A stretch of DNA of 64,000 nt, taken from assembly GCA_038087875.1 (NCBI GenBank), contig CM075994.1, positions 1,986,001-2,050,000 on the forward strand. Direction: 5' to 3'. Position numbers and translations under genes: made by a program. Below the pieces are notes generated by a model that saw nothing but the letters and a program-made list of their open reading frames with translations, searched no databases and had not been told where the DNA came from. Below, piece by piece: positions 37,374 through 49,522 of the stretch. This stretch comes from Malacoraja senta (Eukaryota). Each line of letters opens with the position of its first letter. The stretch's first letter is position 1.

Positions 37374-39095
37374 TCTCTTTTCCTTTTACCAGGCTCCTCA
37401 TCTCCTGCTGTTGTCTCTCCACTGTCTGTTTCTTTCCTCGCTCTTCCATTTTCATCCGACTTTTCTGCTATTGTCCCTTTCGTCTCTTTTGTCTCCCCAG
37501 ATGTACACAGGGAGAGGCGGCAGCATTGAGAAATTCGGTGAGTTACAGGCAGCAGAAAGCCGAGTTAGGAGGTCAGGTTACTGGAGCCCGAGTCCATTGC
37601 AAATAGCTGCATCCATCGATTAACGCAATGTAGTGCAGTGATAACGATTTGAGTGTATTCTGGTCACCTTTTCACCAGAGTGCCAAGTTCACAGGTTGTT
37701 GGAGCAGAATTAGGCCATTCATCCCATCTAGTCTACTCCGCCATTCATTCATGGCTGATCTATCTACCCCATTCTCCTGCCTTCTCCCCTTAGCCCCTGA
37801 CACCTGTACTAATCAAGAATCTGTCAATCTCCACCTTAACAATATCCATTGACTTGGCCTCCACAGCTTTCTGTGGCAATGAATTCCACAGATTGACCAC
37901 CCTCTGACTAAAGAAATTCCTCCTCATCTCCTTTCTAAAGATACATCTGTTATTCTGAGGCTATGTCCTCTGGTCCTAGACTCTCCCACTAGTGGAAACA
38001 TCCTCTCCACATTAATTCTATCCAGGCCTGCGAAGACAAAGTCTGTTTTGCAAAGGCTCTTGCTTCTATGTTATCCCTCATTCTCATCCACTCCCTACAC
38101 ACCAGAGGCAATTGCAAAGGCCAATTAACCTACAAACTCGCACGTCTTTGGGATGTGGGAGGAAACTGGAACACCCAGAGGAAACTTGCATGGTCGCAGA
38201 GAGAACCTTTGGTTTTAGGTTTAGGTATATTATTGTCACGTGTACTGAGATGCATTGCAAAGCTGCTGTTTGCCTGCTATCCAATTAAATCTGATAATAA
38301 TGACACAATGGCACTGCGGTAGAGTTGCTGCCTCACAGCACCAGAGACCCGAGTTTGATCCTGACCTCGGGTGCTGTCTGTATGGGGTTTGCACGTTCTC
38401 CCTGTGACCGCCTGGTCGACGTGGACTCGGTGGGCCGAAGGGCCTGTTTCAGTGCTGTATCTTTGCAGATGCTGCCTGATCTTTTAAGAAGCTTTTAGAT
38501 AGGCACATGGATATGCAGGGATATGGATCACGTGCAGGCAGAGGAGAGTAGTTTAACTTGGCATCATGTTTGGCACAGACATTGTAGGTCAAAGGACATG
38601 TTCTTGTGTACTGTTCTATGTAAGAACTTTAGATTACATAATAGTACAATTAAAACTCAATTATCAATACTTTAATAAAAACACAAAGGTGCTGGAGTAA
38701 CTCAGCAGGTCAGGCAGCATCTCTGAAGAACATGAAGAGCTCTCATTTCAGATTGGGACCCTACTTCAGACTTATATTTCGGGCCGGGACAATTCCTCAG
38801 ACTCGAATTGTCTTCTGTCCATTTCCATCCACAAATGCTGCCTGACCCGCTGAGTTCCTCCAGCACTTTGTGTTTTTCTCAAGATTCCAGCATCTGCAGT
38901 TCCTTGTGTGGTCAGTGTAAACTGGTCCTGCTACTGAGACCCTCTGACCCTCAATAGTTCTTCCTGGGGAGGTATCAAAGCATGACAAGTGCAGGCAGGC
39001 AGGATCCAAGATAACTGTGAATATCCGAAATACAATGGAAGAGGTTGACACTATGCTTAAGATTTTTAAGTTAATTGCCTGCTTTTCCTTTTAAG

Positions 39096-39269
39096 TTCTT
39101 GGTCACGGTGGACCAGAAGTACCTGACTGAAGCACGTAATGGAATACTTTTCATCCTGTACACCATCATGTCGTCTGTGAGCCTACTGTGGGGGGTCCTA
39201 CAGGCAGTAGACTCAACAGAGAGAACCACTGTGGCCTCTGCTATTACCATCAACCTGGGCTCCACGAAG
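39096..39269 (+). CDS. DOP1A: DOP1A exon (FLVTVDQKYLTEARNGIL...TINLGSTK)
   Basis: tttaAG / GTgggt; phase 0-0. Confidence 0.92.
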
Positions 39270-39471
39270 GTGGGTGCTGTTCAGGAAGTTCCCATTGTTT
39301 AGTTGATACAGTGAATTACAGACTATAAGAACGGTCTCGACCTGTCACATCACCTATTCCTTTTCTCCAGAGACGCTGTCAGACTCGCTGAGTTACTCCA
39401 GCTTTTTGTGTCTATCTTCGGTTTAAACCAGATTCTGCATGACTGCTGCAGTTCCTTCCTACAGTAAATTA

Positions 39472-39797
39472 CTGGTCCACCACTGATTTTCTGGCAACTG
39501 ATGGTCCGGCACCTCCTTTAATCCCCACACGTTTATGAAAGTGTTACTAGTGGAGCACGCTCTTTCACAACGTGTGACTCCATCCTGAAAAAATTAATTG
39601 TTTACTTCTTTGTAAGTTGTTCATATTTATTTAAGTTTTGTGCAGTCTATACTGTTTTAAAGATAAGGGAGGCATATAATTAGTGGGTCAGATCTGTATT
39701 GTTGAATTATTATTACATAACTTCTCTTGGTCCGGCAAAACGCATTATCCAGCAAGGCTCTGGAACCAAAGGTGTCGGAAAATCGGTGGTGAACCTG
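39472..39797. mobile_element. Tigger/Tc1-mariner-like MITE
   Basis: Imperfect TIRs of about 27 bp (ctggtccaccactgattttctggcaac / ggtgtcggaaaatcggtggtgaacctg), each flanked by TA. Confidence 0.55.
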
Positions 39798-40711
39798 TAT
39801 CAGTCAAAATGACAATAGGCCAGTTATCTGCCCCAAGTTTGAACAGAATTAAATGTTCCTGTGAACTAAAGCGGAAATTTTAAATACAGGCACTTCCCGA
39901 CTTACGGAATGGGCGACTTATATAAGCATATAAACATCAGCAATTCTTATAGATCATTGCTTTATTTCCGAGCTGCATGTCTCAGCAGCAGCGCGCTACT
40001 GCCGTTACACAAGGCCGTTTTTCCACAAGCCAGTCAGCTGTTCTCGTGGATGCTCCCCCCCCCCCCCCCCCGTGGTCTCCGTGTCAGAACTCCCCCCCCC
40101 CCCCATGGTCTCCGTGTCGGAGCTCTCCTGTGGTCTCCGCATCGAATAGTCAATTTACGTGTGCAGTAGCACTTCCTTTTCTGACCTGCGTAACATCCAA
40201 CTTACACAAGGGTCCATGGGAAATAAGCCTTACGAAAGTCGTAGAATGTCTAGCTTTATTTTTTATAGAATTTATAAACTTAGTTTACTCCCATACATTT
40301 TGTCCTTCAGGTGGGGATCTGCCATCCCCACCTGGTCTGGTATATTTGACTCCAGACCTAACAAACCAGTTGATACTGAAGGCCACGTTCAATTGGACTA
40401 GCAAGCCACAGAGTTGGGCAATTAGAGATGGGCAATAAATATTGCCAGAGGTGCCCAGATCCCAAGAAACCAACAGTAAATATAAAACAAATCTGTTTAT
40501 TATTTACTGTCCATATGTTTCCTCCTCCCCTCCCCACACTTTAAATTTGACACATTGTCATGAGCAAAACACAAAGTGCTGGAGGAACTCAGCAGGTCAG
40601 GCAGCATCTGTGGAGGCAAAGGATGGTCAATGTCTCAGGTCAAGATGTGATGTGGTGCCATTTTTCATGTTGGGAAATTAGCATGTTTAATATTGCATGG
40701 TTATTAAATAA

Positions 40712-41700
40712 TCTATATACTTAAAAGTCTGATCTTGGATGTGTATTTGTGTGTGTGTATATAATCACATCTTCGCGAAAAAACAACACGGTAATGGTAA
40801 CATTTTTATATATTCTGGTAGACATTTTTCCCGTGAAGTCCAAAATCTGAAAATGTCATGCTTTATTTCTCGAGTTATTACTGAAAATGTTCAAAAATCG
40901 GACAAAACTTTGAATTATAAAACGACTGTCTTTCGCTGATGACATCACAATGGGTCTGCATGCCGTTCTTCCTCGCGCTGCGAGTGACGTCATCCCCCTC
41001 ACCCTTCCCACCTCCCCCCCCGTCATTCAAAAGACGCAGCCGGAGATGAAGTCGGGCCGTCGACTGACCAAAGATCACAGCTGAAGAATGCGGCAGCCCA
41101 ACTCACGGTCCTTTGGTCAACGCTCGCCCGCCCGCGCCTCGGCTCGGCTCGGGTCCGGTCCTGGGCTCGGGTCCGCTCCTCGGTTGTGTCCTCCCTCTCT
41201 GCCCCCCTCCCTCTCTAGGGAGTGGTGAGTATTGGGACCTATAGGTGAGTGGTGGAGTGGTACCCCCTCCCTCTCTGCCCTGTCTCTGCCTCTGTGGCTG
41301 CCCTCTCTCTGCCTCTGTCGCTGCCCTCTACCCTCTCTGCCTATGTCTCTGCCCTCTCTGTCTCTGCCCTCTGCCTTCTCTCTCTGCCTTATCTGTCTCT
41401 GCCCTCTGCCCTCTGCCATGCCCTCTTCCCTCTCTCTCTGCCCTATGCCCTCTGCCCTCTCTGTCTCTGCCCTCTGCCCTCTCTCTCTACCCCCCTCCCT
41501 CGTCCTCTCTAGCCGTGCCAGCGAGTTGGGGCTATACGTGAGTGGATAGGGCGGGGATGGCGTAAAAGGAGCGAATGAATAATATTAATATAATATCAAG
41601 GGGGGTGGTTAGTGTGTGTGTGTGAGGGGTGGTTAGTGTGTGTGTGTGTGTGAGGGGTGGTTAGTGTGTGTGTAACGCCGCAGGCCGCCCCCCCGCAGGG
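40712..41700 (+). mobile_element. Non-autonomous Helitron-like element, 3' end missing
   Basis: A|TCTATATACTTAAAAGTCTGATCTTG 5' end; 41218-41258 and 41520-41680 are reverse complements of 30841-30873 and 30611-30735; internal (CCTCTG)n and (GT)n. Confidence 0.55.
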
Positions 41701-42689
41701 AAATCAAAATAAAGAGGTGAGGAAAACTTGGATTAGGAGGGAGAGGTAAAAATGATGGAAAGAAAAGTCTAAAATGAAAGGTCTCGATATAGTGGATATG
41801 GAGAGGATGTTTCCGAGAGTGGGAGAGTCTCGTACCAGAATCATGATCTCAGAATAAAAGGACGTACCTTTAAAAGGAAGATGAGGAATTTCTTCAGTCA
41901 CAGGGTGGTGAATCTGTGGAATTCATTGCCACAGATGGCTGTGGAGGCCAAATCATTGGGTTTTTTTAAAGAGGAGATTGATAAGTTCTTGATTAGTAAG
42001 GGTGTCAAAGGTTACGGGGAGAAGGCAGGAGAATGAGGTTGAGGAGGAACAATAGATCAGCCATGATTGAATGGCAGAGCAGACTCTATGGGCCAAATTG
42101 CCTAATTCCGCTCCTATGCCGCAGCCGTGATCATATTGAATGGCGGTGCTGGCTCGAAGGCCGAATGGCCTACTCCTGCTCCTATTTTCTATGTTTCTAT
42201 GTCTTATGGTCTTATAAGGCTATCTTTTTATAAAGCTTTAATAAATAATGACAACATGAATAAAAAGGCAATAATTGTGGTTCACAACAATGTAGAAACT
42301 CCACTTGTAACTGGATAGACTGATCCCAATTACTTTGGGTGTTTGGATACCATCCACTGTGTATACCCACTCTGTTTCACTAGACTCAGCGGAGTGCCCA
42401 GCATTCCAGTGAGATACAAGTATAAGGTAACTCTGGCATCAAGTTCCTGTACAGTTACCAGTTGTCAGATTTATCCAAGAACCACCAAGGGTGTTTTTTG
42501 CGACGAAATCCAGCCTTTGGTTGATACACATTTAGCGGAGACAAAAGAAACTGATTCACAGTTTACGACAGTGCCTATGTAACTCAGGCTTAAGAGGCTG
42601 ACTTGGGTGTTTACTGTACCCACGTTCCCAGTGTGGGCTCCGAAATATTGGCATTCGTTTCAGTGAACGTTTACGCTCAGTCCGTCTTG

Positions 42690-43120
42690 TACCACCCAAT
42701 CTCCCAGTTGCCAAACATTTAAACTCCCCTTTCCATTCCCATACTGACCTTTCTGTCCTGAGCCTCCTCCACTGTAGGAGTGAGGCCACACGCAAATTAG
42801 AGGAACAGCACCTCATATTCCACTTGGGCAGCTTACAACTCAGCTCTGTGAATGTTGATTCCTCGAATTTCAAATAACTCCTGCCCCCCTCTACCACACT
42901 AGTCGTCCTTCCGGTTCCACTGGTCGCATCCTTGCATCCCTCTTGTTATCACTTCTTCCCCAGCGAACATGTTCTGGCGTTTTCTCGCCTCCAGTTTATT
43001 CCCCTGCCCCCACCTCTACATTCAGTATGAAGAAAGTTTCCGACCTGAAACGTCACCTTTTCTTTTTCTTCAGAGATGCTTGTTGAATAACCTGCTGAGT
43101 TACTCCAGCATTTTCTGTAT
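42690..43120 (+). mobile_element. Penelope-like element 3' end
   Basis: Translates LPVAKHLNSPFHSHTDLSVLSLLHCRSEATRKLEEQHLIFHLGSL; degenerate core near 43026-43054. Confidence 0.7.
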
Positions 43121-43373
43121 ATCTTGCATGTTTCAAAATTCAATCTTGCTGAATTGTAAAGATGATACAATTGTGTGAAAATTTAATGAAAGGCATATCT
43201 TGTGACTTCTGCTCGCTTTTTTAATGCAATATGAACATTAATTCATATGTCTTCATTCATTTATTTTTAATTCATTCATAATTAATGTGAATGTTAATTC
43301 AACTCTGGTTTTATCTCAGAGAATGGTCTCCCTGCCTTATCAATGAAGTCTGTGTCCTTTCTATCCCATTTAG

Positions 43374-43499
43374 AGTCTCCGGCAACAGATCTTGGAGCTC
43401 CTCGGTCCTATTTCTATGAACCATGGCGTACACTTCATGGCTGCTATTGCGTTTGTCTGGAATGAGAGAAGGGAGAACTCAAATGCCAGCAGAAACAAG
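43374..43499 (+). CDS. DOP1A: DOP1A exon (SLRQQILELLGPISMNHGVHFMAAIAFVWNERR...NK)
   Basis: atttAG / GTggga; 126 nt. Confidence 0.94.
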
Positions 43500-44160
43500 G
43501 TGGGACTGAGCACTGCTGGTTTCTGGTGTCTAGCAGGTTGGGGAGGGGGGGGGGATCTTCAAGTGCCAAAAGTGTGCAGATTTGTAGGTTAATTGGCCTC
43601 TGTAAATTATCCTAGTGTTTAGGGAATTGGTGAGAAAGTGGGATAACATTGAACTAGTGTAAACAGATGATCGGTGGTTGCAGTGGACTCGATGGGCCAA
43701 AGGGCCGCTTTCATGTTGTATCAGTGTAAGAAAAAATCTTCCAAATGTCACTTTTTGATCCCCTTTCCAATCTCCTGCACCCACCAGTTCTTGATCCCTC
43801 ACCAATGGGAATGGTTTCACAATATCTACTCTGATGTTATCCTCAATGATCTTTAAGTATCACTCTCCAGGAAAAAAGCCCCATTTATGGGGCAGCTTGA
43901 GCAAATTAATCTGGAAGATTACCTTAATGGGTTAATGAAAAGTATTTTAAATATTGCTGCTAAAAACTTGTCTAACTTCCCTTCATTGTTTGAAGATCAG
44001 TCTGAAGAAGGGTCCCAATCAGTTCCTCCAGTACTTTGTGTTTTGCTCAGGATTCTAGCATCAGCACCTTCTTGTGTCCCCCTTCGTTGCTTCACTGATT
44101 CTGGAGAATTCTTTGTTGAACAGGCGTCAACAGTGGCGCGGTGGTAGAGTTGTTGCCTTA

Positions 44161-44852
44161 AGGGCCTGTCCCACTGCGGCGACCTAATTTGTGAGTTTAG
44201 AAGAGTTTGCTCTTGAGTCACACTCGCAGCATGGTCGACACGTGGTCCTAGAATGTCACTGTAACTCTCCTTCATGCTCGAGAGAAGTTCCCGCATGTTC
44301 GCGGCCTCAGTTTGGTCGAGGAAAATTTTTCAGCATGCTGAAAACAAATCCGCGAATAAAAATTGGTCGGCATGGTTCTTTTGAACTCATAGTGCAGTGG
44401 AGTGGGGTCGCAAGTGGAGTGGCAGTCGAGGGTAGCCGTAGGCAATCTCCTTTGCTGACCGGGCATTTTAATTGGCTCATTGGAGCTTTCAGGACCAAGG
44501 AAAACCGACGGGTAATGTTAAATGCCCACTAAACTTTATTATAAATTGTCTGGCTTCTTAAAAGTGTCTCCACTCCTTCTCCCCCCCCCCCCTTCTCTCC
44601 CCCTCCGCGCTCTCCAAAGGACTTACTGTACACTGTGGCAGCCGTCTTTTACCTTCCTGTTCATCGTGGGTGTGAATTTCAGAGAGCGCTCCCCCGCTTT
44701 CCCTAGCCCCCACCTTTGCGGTGTGTGTGTTCGTGTTCGTGTGTGTGTGTTCGTGTGTTCGATCCAGCTCGCGGTTTCATCGCTGACGGTCGATTCAGCT
44801 CGAGGTTTTTTAGGCGAGTGCCCTCCAGCTTGAAGGTCGAAGACAGTCACTG
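44161..44852. mobile_element. PIF/Harbinger-like MITE fragment inserted in a V-SINE head
   Basis: TTA|AGGGCCTGTCCCAC start; the same terminus follows TAA at 62609; SINE resumes (agcgccagac) at about 44853. Confidence 0.5.
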
Positions 44853-46647
44853 AGCGCCAGACATCCTGGCTCGAGCTTAACTACGGATGCTGTCTGCACA
44901 GCATTTGTACGTTCTCCCTGTGACCGCGTAGGTTTTCTCTGGTTTCCTTCCACACTCCAAAGACGTACAGGTTAATTGGCTTCTGTAAATTGTAATTTGT
45001 CCCTCGTGTGTAGGATAGTGCTTGTGTATGGGGTGATTTCTGGTCAGCGTGGACTTGGTCGGCCGAAGGGTCTGTTTGCACACTCTATCTCTAAAGTTTA
45101 AAGTAAAGTAAATGGCAAAATGCATACATACCACTCAGCAGCTAAAAAGGATAGAACACAAAGTGCTCAAGTAGCTGAGTGGGTCAGGCTGCATCACCGG
45201 AGGACATGGAGAGGTGATGTTTCAGGTTGGGACCCTTTGTTCAAAAGGATTTTGGGTCAGCCACCCAGCCAGAGGGAATTCGCCGCTTAGGATAAAAATG
45301 TTTGCCCTGCAATGTACACTGGGTACAATTTTACAGACTTTATTTCAGTTTTGAATGGTCTCCTGTGTTGAATTATGTGATAGCATTTGAAGATTAAATA
45401 CATTTCATATTTGTCCGAGTTCACAAGCACTGCAAATCTTAGATTCCTGAGCATTAAACTTGATAGTAGTGCTTATTTGGTTGACAACCATTAATAAACA
45501 CATGTGTTACATGGCTGGAAAACAAAATAATGACATTTAACTTTTAAAAGGCACCACCACGTACTGTCATAAGATAAGCACAGGCACATTGCATCTTACG
45601 TGTGTTTAATTTATATATTTTTGAAATAACACGCTTGTTTAATTAATACCAAAACCAAATTTACGTGATGTATTTTTGAAATATCGCACTTCCATTTAAG
45701 CCTATTTAAATATTTTAATTTATATCTTTAATTTATGCATTTATGAATTACGCGCTGCTTTTCCGGAAAAACGTAAAACGCAACATGCTTGTACTGGTTG
45801 ATAGCAATTGCCATTATCACTACTGTTACGACACAAAAAGCTGAAGTAACTCAGCGGGTCAGGCAGCATCACCGGAGAACATGGATAAGTGAAGTGTCGG
45901 GTCGGGACCATTCCACAAATTGAGTCACACAGTCTAAAGAAGGGTCCTGCCCTGAAACATCACCAAAGAAACAAGGGTGGCACAGTGGCTCAGTGGTAGA
46001 GCTGCTGCCTTACAGCGCCAGAGACCTGCATACAATCCTGACATCAGGTGCTGTCTGTGTGGAGTTTGTACGCTCTCCCTGTGACCACATGGGGTTTCTC
46101 TGGGTTATCTGGTTTCCTCCCACATTCCATAGACGTGCAGGTTTGTAGGTTAATTGGCTTCTGTAACATGACCCCTGTTTGTCGGATAGTGCTAGTGTTT
46201 GTTGGTCGGCATGGACTAGCTGGGTCGAAGGACCAGTTTCCATGCTTTTACCCATAAAAATCACCTATCCATGTTCATAAATTCATGTTGTCAGAACAGA
46301 ATTAGGCCATTTGGCCCATCACGTCTACTCCACCATCAAATCGTGGCTGATCTATCTTTCCATCTCAACCCCATTTTCCTTCCTTCTCCCCGTAACCCCT
46401 GACACCCTTATTAATCAAGAATCTATCAAGCTTTAAAAATACGCCTCCACAGCCTTCTGTTGCAATGAATTCCACAGATTCTGCCTGACCCGCTCAGTTA
46501 CTCCAGCACTTTATTTATTTTATTGTAAACAGCATCCGCAGTTCCTTGTTTCTACATCACCACTGTTGTGACAGGCTGACTTTCTGTACATTGATTTATG
46601 TCAGCACGCAGAATGTTAAATAAATTGTCACCTTAATTTTTTTAAAG

Positions 46648-46782
46648 GTTATTCCTGTACCCTGTTCTGAGCAATTATTGTTAGTGGAACTAGTGCGCTC
46701 GATTAGTGTAATGAGAGCTGAGACTGTTATACAGACTGTGAAGGAAGTGTTAAAACAGCCTCCAACCTCAGCCAAGGAGAAG
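46648..46782 (+). CDS. DOP1A: DOP1A exon (VIPVPCSEQLLLVELVRSISVMRAETVIQTVKEVLKQPPTSAKEK)
   Basis: ttaaAG / GTatgt; 135 nt. Confidence 0.94.
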
Positions 46783-48207
46783 GTATGTGGAGTATTAAAT
46801 ATATAACCCACATTATGTATTATTAATTCATTGATGTAGAACTTGTAGAAGCATATAAAAGTATGAGAGGCATAGCTGGGGTAGATAAAATCTTTTCCCC
46901 GTTGGAAATATCTAACACTAAGCCATGGTATAAAATGAGCAGGAGATCAGGTCAAGAGGTGTGGCAAAATACATGAACCTCCACAGTACATATGGAGTCG
47001 TAGCAAAATGACATGGATTTCATAAATTATAGGAACAAAATTAGACCATTCGGCCCATCAAGTCTGCTCTGCCATTCAATCATAGCTGATCTATCTTTCT
47101 CCATTTTCTGCCTTCTCCCCATAAAGCCTAACATGTGTACCAATCAAGAATTTATCAATCTCTGCCTTAAAAATATCCACGACCGTCTGTAGCAACGAAT
47201 TTAATAGATTCACCACCCTCTGACTAAAGAAATTCCTCCTCCTCTCCTTTCTAAAGGTACGTCCTTTTATTCTGATGCCTTGGCCTCTGGTCCTAGACTC
47301 TCCCACTAGTTGAAACATTCTCTCCACATCCAATCTATCCAGGGTATTCAGATATTTACATAAATATCTATTTCAGTTATTGACATTAATATCAAATGCG
47401 AGATGGAGTAGCTTTAAGGTGAGAGGGCGAAGTGTAAAGGAGATGTGCCGGGCTATTGTTTTTACAGAGGGTGGTGAGTATGTGGTGGTGGTTGAGGCAG
47501 ATACAATAGTGGCGCTTAAGAGTCTTTTGGATCGGCACAAGGATATGCAGGGAATGGAGGGATATTGATTATGTGCAGGCAAACAAGAGTTGATCTTGGC
47601 ATCATGTTTGACATGGACATTGTGGGCCAAAGCATTTGTTACTGTGTTGTACTGTTCTAGATTCATAGAGTCATACAGCGTGGAAACGGGGCCCTGCGGC
47701 CCAACATCCCCACACCGACTAACATGTCCTATCTACATCAATCTTGCCTGCGTTTGGCCCATATCCTGTCCCTGTACCTATCAAAATATTTCTCAAAAAC
47801 ATCGCAATTGTACTTGGCTCAACTACCTCCTCCGGCAGCTCGTTCCATATTCCCACCACCCTTTGTGTAAAGAAAAATGTTACCCTTCAGCTTCCTATTA
47901 AATCTTTTCCCCCCTCATCTTAAACCTATGTACTTTGATTCTCGATTCCCATAATCGGTCCTTGGTTCTATGTCATATGTAATCCATGTATTTTGTGTTG
48001 ACTCCACATTCACTGTGGAGGCGATAAATTCCATTTAACCCCTTAGCCCAGTCTCCTGCTCATTTTATACCATCTCAGTCAAAGTGCTGTAGTGATACCA
48101 GCAACTTGTGAATAATGTACACATCATACAGGCCTGCTGGTGGACTATGGGGATATTATTCTGAGGTTGCCTCAGGATCAAAATTAACAGTGGTGTCATT
48201 AGGAATT

Positions 48208-48519
48208 GGGGTGGCACAGTGGCACAGTGGTAGAGTTGCTGCCTTACAGCACCAGAGACTCGGGTTCAATCCTGACAACGGGTGCTGTCTGTACAGAGTG
48301 TGTACAATTCCCCATGACCACATGGGTTTTCCCCGGGTTCTCCGATTTCCTCCCACACTCCAAAGACGTACAGGTTTATAGGTTAATTGGCTTTTGGTAA
48401 ATTGTAAAAATTGTCCCTAGTGTGTTTAGATTGGTGTACGGGGTGATCGCTGGTCGGCGCGGACTCGGTGGGCCGAAGGGCCTGTTTCCGCGCTGTATCT
48501 CATAAGACTAAAGACTAAG
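48208..48519 (+). mobile_element. V-SINE
   Basis: Full-length, A/B boxes, tail ggccgaagggcctgtttccgcgctgtatct. Confidence 0.8.
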
Positions 48520-48877
48520 TATTCTGAATAGTTTCACATTGTAGCTCTCCAGAGTGACTCTTTGCAATGATGGACTTGGATATTTTTTGGGTAAAGAGTT
48601 TTAGACGGTGGCAAGATGGGTTTTAAATGATCCATTGTAATGGACAATTTAAAACCTGTTGTCTCCTGCACTGCTTTTCTTTGGACCCGTGCTTTCAACT
48701 GGCTGTTGAGATGTACATGTGTGTACAGCGAAGCTCCAGAGAGGACTGCAGGGATGGTAATAACATGCACCAATCAAAATATAATGGAAACCAAAGGTTA
48801 CTTTTTAAATGTGATTCAAAAAACTATGTTTAAAATTCTTTGTGCATCTTATGAGTTCCATGCTCCTTATGTTCCAG

Positions 48878-48933
48878 AAACAGCTCTCGCTGGAAGTCTG
48901 TATGTTGCAGTTTTTCTATGCATATGTTCAAAG
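48878..48933 (+). CDS. DOP1A: DOP1A exon (KQLSLEVCMLQFFYAYVQR)
   Basis: ttccAG / GTaatc; phase 0 to 2. Confidence 0.92.
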
Positions 48934-49067
48934 GTAATCTGCTTCAATTATATTATTATTTATACCTAATAACCAGGTGATTTATCTTCCCTATATGCTA
49001 AAGTAAGCTGGGAAGGGTGCAGAGAAGATCTACAAGGATGTTGCCACCACTCGAGGCCTAAACTATA

Positions 49068-49374
49068 GTTTAGTTTTTAGTTTAGTTGAGAGATACAGCG
49101 CAGAACCAGGCCCACCGGGTCCGCGCTGACCAGCGATCCCCGCATATTAACACTATCCTACATCCACTAGGGACCATTTTTACATTTCCCAAGCCAATTA
49201 ACCTACATACCTGTAAGTATTTGGAGTGTTGGAGGAAACCGAAGATCTCGTAGAAAATCCACGCAGGTCGTGGGGAGAACGTACAAACTCCATACAGATA
49301 GCACCCATAGTCAGGATCGAACCCATGCCTCCGGCACTGCATTCGCTGTAACTCTACTGCTGCGCCACTGTGCC
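49068..49374 (-). mobile_element. V-SINE nested in a CR1 fragment
   Basis: CR1 sequence continues on both sides (49005-49067, 49375-49520). Confidence 0.75.
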
Positions 49375-49522
49375 GGAGTTTGAGCAGGCTTGGGACTCTA
49401 TTCCTTGGAGTGCAGGAGGATGATGGTGGTCTTATAGAGGTGAACAAAATCATGAGTGGAATAGATCGGGTAAATGCACAGTCTCTTGCCCAGCGTAGGG
49501 GAATCAAGAACCAGAGGGCTTA

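Noticed and set aside
37120..37606. ORFs spanning the N run
   Set aside because: Artefacts of translating through the gap
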